From the human T2T-CHM13v2.0 reference genome, Homo sapiens, in the NCBI RefSeq assembly GCF_009914755.1, contig NC_060934.1: 64,000 nt of DNA; one strand, given 5' to 3'. Numbering within the stretch: position 1 is the stretch's first letter; each line of letters starts with the position of its first letter. A model generated the notes under the pieces. The model was not told where the DNA came from and ran no database searches. It was given only the letters and a program-made list of their open reading frames with translations. Below are positions 53,700 to 64,000 of the stretch, piece by piece. A program made the translations under genes and the position numbers.

Positions 53700-56600
53700 C
53701 TTGAGCTTTTCTTACAGGTTTGCAAGCAACTTTTACACCATTTGGACATATTTATTGAAAATATTTTTCCCAATTCCCTTTGAATTCTGGCTTTTTGTTC
53801 CATGCAGTTTTTTAATTTGTTTTTGCTAAAATCTTTTGACATTTTCCTTTCTTCTTTTGCCTCAAAACTTGGGTAGTCTCCCCAACTGCACCTTGCACGG
53901 TGTAGAATCAAATAATATTTCCACTTCCTATTCTCTTTTTGGATTTTTTTTAACTGTTTAATATAAAATGGAAGTTTCTGGAACATCATTTTTGTGCACT
54001 TATAACATTATGTTCAGGGATTTCCTTAAGGTGGAAAACACCTGCTTTGTCATCATAATTTTCCTTCAAAACAGTAAAACTGCACTAAATTTAATTTTAA
54101 TTCATATTTCGACAATTTGATCTCATTTAGACAATGAATCACCACATTGACATAGGATAGACACTCTCTCAGAATCTTGTTTCTCCCCTTGAGCCAGCAG
54201 GACTGGTCGGAATATTTGGCAAGGAAAGTCCACCTTATGATTAACTTACAAGAAAAGTTATTCGACATCTCAGGTTGGAACAGGGCTATATTTTGTCTCT
54301 GACACAACAGAGCAAGCCTTGTTGGAGTGAGTCAAACCAAGAAAGACAGAAAACAGGCCCGCCCGGAAACTCCCTCTAAATTAGAGAGCTGTTTGATTAG
54401 AGAGAAGTGCTATTTGTGGGAGCTCATTGTGGAGCAAGGCTATTTTTCTGCCTCCAACAAGGGCAGGCAGGATGTCGCACGTGCAGAGGCCTTGCTGTAA
54501 GATGTACCAGGTTCCGGCCTGGCCACCTGCCAGAAGGAGCTTCTGTCCCACAAAGGCTTGGCAGTTTTGCTCCATGACACACAGCGGCTGGATTGAGTGA
54601 ACAGGTGCTGAACAGGGGTCAAAAGGCCACTAAAGCTGATTCTACTTTGACCAGAGAGGTGACCCTGGGCAAGTCACTTACTTCCCCGGGCTTCCACCCA
54701 CCAATCTGTAAAAGGGGAGGTGTATGTTGGCTATCTCTCTTGCAAAGTTATGAGGGTCAGATGAGAGAGCATAGCCTAAATTAGATGGGGTGTGAAACAG
54801 CTAAATAGCAACTGACCCTAGTCTCCAGGGTACAGGTGCAGTGTAGACGTTTCATGGTACTACCCAGGGAGGATGATGTTGCCACTTGGGTATTTCATGG
54901 TGCCCTTGTTTCAGCCCAGTGAGTAGGGCTGCAAGTGTCAACTTAGACATTGATCAGAAAGTCTTCCTGCCCAGGATATTACAGCATGACATCCCCTTGA
55001 CAGCTGCCCTCCCACTAATAGAGCAGTGCTGGAAAGCACTGCTGCAGGACAGACCAGGCAGGTCATGAGAGAGGCTGCATTCCTGAGCGATGGGCAGCCA
55101 CTCCAGAACACCAGGCAAAGCAGCCAACCTAGATTTTGCAAGGTATTGAACAAATTCTGAGCAACCATATTTTTCAGAAACTAAAGTTAACAACAGTAAC
55201 AGCTATGTTTGTGTCCATCCTATGCAAGGCACTGTGGAAAGAGCTTGGTATCCGTGACCTCTGGCCCTCATTGTTGCAAAAATGGGGCCTCAGAGAGATC
55301 AGGCCCTTCTCAAAAGTCACCAGCTGAGAAGGGGACATGGGACTTGATCCATGTTGGCCTGCTTCCTCTGGCCCTGAAGCAAGGACCCAGGACCCAGCCC
55401 AGATAACAGATAACAAGAACACTGGAACAGGAACAAGGTCAATAGAGCCAGAGCCACAGTGGCTACTCCCAGTTTAAACCATCTCCCTGAAGAGAAGTAC
55501 CAGAAGGAGACATTAACATTCTACTGCATTTCAAGTCTGATTTAGATTCAGCGTGGGGAACCCACAGCACTGTTGCAGCTGCTCAAACTCCTGCCCCAAA
55601 GGGAGGAGGAGAGGCCAACCCAGGTAGTGGGGTCTTGGGGACTGAGGGTGTGGCTGGTGCCTAAGACCCAGGGCCATCCTGAGAAGGAAGCGCAGAGGAG
55701 GAAGGGGGCATGTGCCTGGAAATCGTCTGGAACAAGTGATGTCAGCTGCCAAAATGAAGGTGGGCATGGTGGGCTAGCCAGCTGGGAATTTTGTGCCTCT
55801 AGCACTAAGAGTATTTGGGAGCAGAAGGCGGGGAGCAGTTTATGCAGGAGGAACAGCATAAACTGAGCTGATTCCACCAAAAAACATAATTATAACTAAG
55901 AAGCATGCACCCAGCCACACTCTGCTTTCAAAACTAAATGTGAGGTCAAAGCAACTTGTGCTGAACCACAGTGCATGTGGCATCAGGAGTCCTCACCCCT
56001 GCCTTTAATGTCCCTGGGCCATCAAATGGTCCTTCTAATATAGTCTCTCTCTGGGATGTGCAGGAGGTGCAGCGAACTGTGTGAGCCAAGGGACTTTCAC
56101 AAATCCAGCCATCTCAAAGATGCTGGGTGCTTCCTCTGGCCCAGGCGATCTTTGCACCCGGACATACGAATTACAAATCAAAACACTTCTTTGAGGTCTG
56201 TTCAATCTTATTCCTTCTTGAATGAGTAGATGCCCCTCCTCCTGGGCACAAAGCTGTCTGTCACACTCCAAAGGGATGTATTGTGGTCTGAACTGGGACA
56301 CCTAGGGATGTCAAATGCTTTCGTCAAGCCAAAGATCCCCATTCAGAAACCCTTAGTGCGTGGAGCTAATGGAGCTGTGTTGGCTCCAGTCCTCCCAACA
56401 TCCTTCCAGGCCCCCTGAGCTCTTCTTGCTCCACACATCTTTGAAAGGTGTCGCTTCAGCTGATTATTTTACTTCCAGAAACGTCCATGTATTTCCTGTC
56501 TTCCTGCCTATCTTGGTTCTGACAAGAAAGATGTCTGACACAGATGGAGGGAGGGATCCATCCGTTCCTTTCCAAGCAGCTCTATGGCCTCCTTCCAAGA

Positions 56601-58004
56601 TTTCACACAGCACACTCGCCACCCCATAACCCCATGCCCAGAACATTATGTGCAGAATCTTGAAGGAGGGGCATTGGTCTCCACAACTATGGTGGCAATT
56701 CGTTGCCATCTTTTAAAGTAAAATGAATAATAGTAACAACTGTAGATACCCCTTCTCCCCAAGGTCAGCTGCCATTGATAAAGGCCAAGAACTCATGCAA
56801 ACAGGGGGAGTTTCCTAATGTCTTGCCTTAGGCTTTTTGAACTTGCTCCAGCAGCTTTCCCTGCCACTGAAACACACAAAGTCAATTGGTTCCATATGCC
56901 AGGAGCTGCTTAAAAGTTGCAGAACTTCACTTTCAAGATGGATGAATGGTGCCACCCACTCACAGGGACCCTTTGAAATGATTCTTTTCCATTAAGTGGG
57001 TGACATGAGCCAACCACATAGAATTGTGTCTAGTACACAGTAAGTGCCTACAGGGAGTCACCTATCATGACCTTACTGGCAGTATTATCCATAATTATTA
57101 CCACAGAAAATGCTCTCCGAGTCCTTGAATCGGAAGCAGGACAAGGCAGTATTCTCTACAACCCAAGTGAGTGCCTATGCACCCAGAAAGGATGCCAGAC
57201 CCTTGTGGGTTGCAAAGCTGTGCTCTCTGCTGCATCTGCTCCATGACATTTCTGCATGCATCCTCTGCACAGCATTAGAATAAATGCTACTCCTTTGTGA
57301 GGTATTTGCCAAGCCATCTCCCTGTCCACAGTGCCCCCATGACCTTTACAATAAATGGTTTAGATCACCCAAGAAGCTCATCCTTAGAGCCACAAGAAGC
57401 TCCTGCAGCCGCGAGGGAAGCTCTTCCTTTGTATTTCCCTGCTGGCTTCATGAAGTCCACAGCAGAGACTTTGCCAGGCTGGCGTTTTTGTTTGTGCTAA
57501 CATTTTTTTACACTAGCTGGTGAGATCAGGAGATACTTTAGTGGTGCTCCACAGGGTCGCAGGCTTGGCTCCTAGTAATAATGGCAGGGAGAGGTGACTC
57601 CTCAGCATCTGCTCAGCCAGGGGTAAGGCTGTATTTGGGTGGGAGACCCCACTCCCTGTTCAGCTTCAGTCCATGCTGGAGGCTGCTCCACTAACTGCCG
57701 GGTTGTGCCTGCTGGTTAGGAAGAGAGATGACTCATTCACAAAGGCCATGGATGGATGCATGTGGGCTGACCCCTGCTGGCACCTGTCCCTGCCCAGGGG
57801 AGCCTGCCTGGCCTGGGTTCTCATCACCACCTAGACACAGCACTTCCCAGAGAAGGGCAGGGGCTGGAAGCCACCACCCTGATGACCCTGTGTCCCTCTG
57901 GCTAGAGCTGCCCTGAGACCTGCCCACTGTAGCATCCCTAGTTAAGTGAGCTGCAAGATTCCTCCCTGGACAAGACATTCTGAGCCGTCTTTTCTGTCAC
58001 CTGG

Positions 58005-58426
58005 TATATTAGTTCATTTGTGTTGCTATAAAGGAATATCTGAGACTGGGTAATTTATCAAGAAAAGAGGTTTATATTGGCTCATGGTTCTGCAAGCTGT
58101 ACAGGAAGCACGGTGCTGGCACCTGCTTCTGGGCCTCTGGTGAGGGCCTCAGAAGCTTCCAGTCATGGCGGAAGGTAAAGGAGGGGCCTGCATATCATCC
58201 GGCGAGAGGGGGGCAAGAGAAAGACGGAGGAGGGGCCAGGCTCTTTTAAACAACTAGATCTCGTGTGAATTCATCAGGTGAGAGAACTCATTCATTACAA
58301 GGACAGACCAAGCCATTCATGAGGGATCTGCCCCCATGACCCAAACACGTCCCACCAAGACTACCTCCAACACTGGAAACTACATTTCCACATCAGATTT
58401 GAAGGGAACAAACATCCAAGCCATAA
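58005..58426 (-). mobile_element. MaLR solo LTR, MSTB-like (sense to VSTM4)
   Basis: tatattagttcatttgtgttgctataaaggaatatctgagactgggtaattt...caaacatccaagccataa; perfect 5-bp TSD CCTGG (58000-58004 / 58427-58431). Confidence 0.9.
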
Positions 58427-60914
58427 CCTGGATTCAGAAGGTTTGTAAATGACAGAGGGCTAGTCATTGGTCTAATCATTGGCAGTTTCATCCATGCTCT
58501 TAGTCTGAGGAAACCAACTGTGCCTTGCAGAGTTTTTCTGAGAATAAGACATAAATCCAGTAAAGAGCTGGGCTGCACCAGTCTACGACCACTGTTCTCT
58601 CATTGAATTCCTATGGAAACCCTTAGCGACAGGGACAACAGGCAAGTCTGTGCCTGCTGTGGAGGATGAAACATTCCCAGAAAGGCTGAGTAAGTGGCCC
58701 AAGTTCACAAAGCTGCCAAGTGGCACAACTCTACCTGACACTGAAGCTGTCGGAATCCAGGTGCATATTCTTTATGCCAGGAACCACCCCCATCTCACAG
58801 GCCTGCCCTCCCCACTCCCACCCCTGCCTGGAGGGCTGTGGAAGAAGGACACTGGGCCTGAGTGCTTGGATGCGGTGGGGACATGACAAGGTAGTAATGA
58901 CCGTGGGAGCATGGGAGGGAGGTGGCCAGGGAGACCCCGTCCCTGCGTCTACTGCCCCCATCCTCACCACCTTGCTTGCTCAGGTGGATGTGGGCAGAGG
59001 GAGGGCACAAGCATGCATGTGAGTTAAAATCCAAGCAAACAACAGTGAGAAATGGCTGGGGCACAGCATAAGTCTGTTTAGAGTTCTGGTGTTCTTTGAG
59101 ACTGAGGGTTCACTCAGGAGGAGAATGACCTGACTCTGACATGTGTCCCAGAAAAGCCCCTGAAAGAACTGATTAATCTGACCCTACAACTGATCACAGT
59201 AAAGCCTGTTCATTTTGGTGAGGTTTGCTTTTGCAAATAGATGCCTCTAATGAGAGGCCATTGGACCTCTCGAAGTCAGGGGGCTGCAATGTCTCTGCAG
59301 CCATCCTCAGCTTCCATATCTATACCCTGCCGCTTCTCCTTCCATTGCCTTGACTTTCTGTACCATTCATTGCTGCATTATAACTTCCCTCATTGGCAAG
59401 TACTTTATTATCTCAATCCCGTAAGTAGAGATGAAGCAAAAGGCCAGAAGACATCCTGGCTGGGCATTAGCTTTGTGGTGCCCCTTCAGTCCTCCTCACA
59501 ACTTTCCTTGCCCTGCAGGAAAGAAGGCATCTGGATCCATTGGAGAGTCATTGCAGAATGGACTGCATCACAGCTCTGTGCAACTGGGGGGATTTCGTTT
59601 TCACTCCGGGTTTCCAGGAATTTTGGAGCAATTTTATATCCTCCAGCTGAGCTGCTCTCAGGGCTGTCCTCCCTGGGAAGGGCACATTGAACCTCACAGA
59701 TCCCTGAGACGCTTACTCAGGCCCTGCTCTCTGCTCTGCATCCTCAGAGCATTCTGCCCTGGGAAAGGAACAGTCTCCCACTCCTGAAGGTCAGGGCCAC
59801 CCCTCCAAGAGACAGCAATTTACAACCTCAGGGACAATAAACATTCAAGATGAGATTTATTTTCCTTCCGTTTGAACTTTTCTTAGCAAGTCATGGAATT
59901 CCCTTGAGTCTCCAGGTTCTGGCCCAGTTACTTGGCAAGGCCCCTCATTCAGTGACCGCAGCCTCAGAGCCAGCACATGGTCTCTTCCGGAGGCCCTTCC
60001 CCTCCCCTGCCTGAGGGTTTCCAACCCAGGCATCTTCTCCTGACCCTGTGCTTTTTGTCTGTTCCCCCTTAGGAAGAAATGGTCAGAATCCAGAGAAGGG
60101 CATTCTTCTTGATCACAGCTTAAGACCCAGGGCCCCATTTGCCCATGGCAGCAGCACAGAGCAGGCAGACAGATGAGGGTGCTGGGACCTGGGAGCTACT
60201 GGCACAACAGGGACGGGAGGAACTGCCTGGGCTACAGAGGCAGAGCACAATTCAGGCCAAAGCCAGGCATAAAGGCAAGAATTGACCAATTCACTAGCAC
60301 TGGCGGCCAGTCTGGGCTGCACTAAGTCAAACAGGCTTGAGGTTCTAATCGGGAAAATGAATGCAAAGTTGGCCAGGAGCTGACTACCAGGTTTATGGGT
60401 CAAGGCCTGGCCCTAGCAGGGTCCTGGGATGGAGGTAGAGTAAATGCAGGCTTTCTAGAGGCAAATCTGTGGGTTGACCCAACAGGAGACTGCTCATAGG
60501 GAGAACTGCCACTCAGACACCCAACCAACCTGACAGTGCCCAGCATGGCTGGCAGAGAAGGAGGCAGCCTTTCAACAAGATTCTGCGGTCATCTTGACCT
60601 CATTTATCCCAGGGCTGAGGGGAGATCAAACTCTAATGTCCACCAGGCTGGGATGACATCCTTGCTGTACTTCCAGCCTCAGTCAGCCCCAGTTCAGAAT
60701 GAGGAAACTGTAAGGGAAAAAAGAGGGGCCCCAGTAGCCAGAGGCTGCTTGCTAGACACAAAAGGCCAGACAAAAACATCACAGAAAGCAAATCCTGAGC
60801 ATGTTGGCGGGCTGATCATCCACAGCTCTGACAATCTCCAGCCATTACCCAAGTCTGAAATGCCAGAATCACCCTAGTCTTGGGGGCCTTATTGGGACAT
60901 ATGCTTGAAAAAAG

Positions 60915-63900
60915 AAACAAATGGTTTTATTGAAGCATAGTTGACGTACCATAAAATGTACTGATCACAGGTGTATAATTCAATAGCTTTTAGATTCATG
61001 CATCACTACAATACAGTTTTAAAACATTTCTATCACCCCCAAAGGTTCCATCTTGTATTTTTATAGTTAATCCCCACTCCCACCCTCAGCTGTAGGAAAC
61101 CACTAATCCCCTTTCTGTCTCCATAAATGTACCTTTTCTAGGCATTTTATCCAAATGGAATCATATGATATGTAATTTTTTGTATCTGGCTTTTTCCACT
61201 TACTATTGTTGGGGCTCATCCATGCTTTGGTCCATACCCAGTGTGTTCCTTTTTATTACTAAGTGGTACCTCACTGGGTGGATATATTCATTTTGTTTTC
61301 CAATTCACAAGTTGATGGATACATCTAGATTGTCTCTGGTTTCTGGTTATCATGAACACAGCAGCTATGAACAACTGCATATATGTTTTCATGAGATATA
61401 TGCTTTCAGTTCTCTTGGATAGATTCCTATGAGCGGAATTGCTGGGTCATAGGGTAACTTAAAGGTTTTAAGAAACCATCAAGTTGTTTTCCCAAGTGGT
61501 GGCACAATTTTATATTCCCACCAGCAATGTACAAAGATCCAATTTCTCCACATCTTTGCCAGAAATTGCTATTGTCTGTCTTTTGAGTTATAGCCATTGT
61601 AATGGGGGTATAGTGATATCACCTGTGGTTTTAATTTGCACTTCCCTAGTAGGTAATGACACTGAACATCTTTCATGTACTTGCTCACCATTTGGATATC
61701 TTCTTTAGGAAAATATCTGCTCAAATCTTTTGTGCCCATTTTTAATTGTGTTATCTGTCACCTCATTATTGAGTTGTGAGAGGTCTTTATATATTTTAGG
61801 AACAAGTTCTTTATCGGTTATCTGATTTGCAAATATGGGGCTTACTTATCTTTTCATTTTCTTAATGGTGTCTTTGGAAATGCAAAGGTTTTTAATTACA
61901 TCAATTCTTTCATTTATGGATCCTGTGTTTAGTATCACTTTGCCCAACCCAAGGTCACAAAGATTTTCTCCTGTTCTCTTCTAGAAATGTTGTAATTTTA
62001 GCTTTTATGTTTAGGTCTAAGATCTATTTTTAGTTAATTTTGGAGGCAATGTGAGACAAGGGTCTCAGTTTATGTTTCTGTATATGGATACCCATGTGTC
62101 CCAGCACTGTCTGTCAAAAGGACAAAGCTTTCTCTTTAGAACTGCCCTGCCATCTCTATCAAAAGTCAGTTGGCCATAAATATAAGGATTTATTTCTGGA
62201 CTCTCAATTATGCTACATTGATCTATATACTTTATATCAATACTTCAGTGTCTCCATTACTCTAGCATTAGAATAAGTTTTGGACAGAAGAACTGTAAGT
62301 CCTCTGACTTTGTTATTTTTTAAAATGTACATATATAATCTAGAATCAGTGTGTCACTTTCAACAAAAAACTGTTTCCACATTTAGAGATTTTCCTGCAG
62401 TCGTTTTGTTGTTAATTTCTAGTTTGATTTCACTGTGCTCAGAGAACACATTCTCTATTATTTCAATTATTTCAAATTTGTTGAGGCTTGTTTTTCAGCC
62501 CAGGATATGGTCTATTTTGATGAATGTCCCATGGAGCCTTGAAAAAATAATTGTTTTTTTACTGTTGGTTAGAGTGTTTGATCTGTCTCAATTGGGCACC
62601 ATTGGTTGATTGTGTTGTTTAGATCTTCAATAACCATGCTAATTTGCTATCTACAGCAGGTCAATCAGTAGATGAGGGGGAGGAATTGAAGGATCTAACT
62701 AAAACTATAGATTTAGCTATTTCTTCTCTCTGTTCTTTCAGTTTTTGATGTTTAAATTTTGTGGTTCTGTTGTTTGACTTGTACTCATGTGGAAACTTGT
62801 CTTTCTGATGGATTGAGCCTTTATCATCTAATGTCCATCTTCACCTCTAGTAAGGTTTTTTGCCCTGAAGTCCATCTTATCAGCTACAGTACATCCACAC
62901 CTGATTTATTTTATTGTTTGTGTGTTATATCTTTTTCCATCCTTTTACTTTCAATCTACTTACGTCACTGTGTATAAAGTGAATTTCCTATAAAAAGCAT
63001 ACCAGTTGGGTCATTTTTCTAATCCACTCTGTGAGTCTCTGAAATTTGATTGATGTATTTAGATCATTTACATTTAAAATAAATAGTATTTCAGCAATTA
63101 AGGCTACCATATTATTGTTTGTTTTCTGGTTATTTCCTGTAATTCTCATTCCTCTGTTTCTTTGTGTTACTTGCATAAATTTTAAGATCTACCTATAGGA
63201 ATTCTGAGTGTATTGTTTTTGCAAAGTTATTTTAGTGATTGCTTTGGTCATTACAATACACATATGTGACTTTACACGGTCTATTGGCACCAACATTCCA
63301 TTGCTTTGACAGGACTTTTGACTTCTATTTAGGTCATTTTGCCTCACTCACTTTTAAACAGTGTTGTCTTGAGCATCAGACAATTCTATAATTTTTATTT
63401 AAATCCTCAAATGTGATTTTTAAAACTCACGACTATTCATGGAAAGAACACTCTACCATATGTACTCCTATTTCTGCTCTTTCCATTATTCCTTCTTCCT
63501 TCCTAAGGCTCCAACATTTTTCTGTTTCAAGATAATATTTTAGTCATTAAAGTTGGTCTGACAGTGACAATCTCTTTTAGCTTTCCTTCTTCTGAGAATG
63601 TCTTTATTTCCCTTTCATGCCTGGAGGACAGTTTTGCTGGATATAAAATTTGGGGTTGGCAGTTCTTTTATTTTGGTATTTAAAAATGTGCCATTTCCTT
63701 CTGCCCTTCATGGATTCAGAGCAGAAATGCACTGTCATTCAACTTTGTTTTCTGTTCAATTATCATGTGTTTTCAAGTGGATTTTATTGAGATTATTATG
63801 CCTGGCATTCACTCAGTTTCTTAAACCTATAGGGCTTTGTCTTTTGCCAAATTTGGGGAGTTTTCAGCCATTATTTCTTCTAATACTGTTTTAGATCCAC

Positions 63901-64000
63901 TCTGTTTATCCTCTCCTTCTGGAACTCTGATGATAGAATGTTGGATCTTTTGTCCTGTAGGTCCTTGATGTCTGTTCATTTTTTGTTTGTTTTTAGTCTA
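60915..64000 (-). mobile_element. Old L1 (L1MB/L1M) fragments running to the window edge
   Basis: ttttattgaagcatagttgac...ggaattgctgggtcatagggtaac...atattcccaccagcaatgt...gccaaatttggggagttttcagccattatttc. Confidence 0.8.

Overview
Mammalian (primate, most likely human) genomic DNA, repeat-rich, with no prokaryotic features. The only protein-coding gene I can support is the 3' half of VSTM4 (V-set and transmembrane domain containing 4; human 10q11.23 by recall) on the minus strand. It has three GT-AG coding exons (49680-49786, 48185-48246, 20848-20973) with consistent phases. They splice to the cytoplasmic tail S-SGETVTSVTSLAPLQPKKGKRQKEKPDIPPAVPAK-APIAPTFHKPKLLKPQRKVTL-PKIAEENLTYAELELIKPHRAAKGAPTSTVYAQILFEENKL*, followed by a ~5.4 kb 3' UTR ending near 15.45-15.6 kb. 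The upstream exons (signal peptide, Ig-V, TM) are not seen in the window. Positions 1 to ~15.4 kb are downstream intergenic DNA. The rest is transposon-derived: a full-length HSMAR2 mariner split by an atypical young L1 insertion, six Alus, four solo LTRs with recognisable target-site duplications (TSDs), old L1M/L2/MIR/MER fragments and several long low-complexity tracts. Almost all ORFs in the supplied track are spurious. Best leads: (i) a tandem ITIM + ITSM in the VSTM4 tail; (ii) a 3'-truncated L1 ORF2 fused to ~83 nt of foreign sequence plus a poly(A) tail inside HSMAR2; (iii) a ~60-bp poly(T)/locally templated insertion with a 15-bp duplication; (iv) inverted Alus bracketing two small exons; (v) a perfect FOX::ETS composite motif just past the gene end. 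Repeat subfamily names come from recalled consensus sequences and need RepeatMasker/Dfam confirmation; boundaries of old repeats are approximate. I found no convincing evidence of a wholly new multi-gene system.
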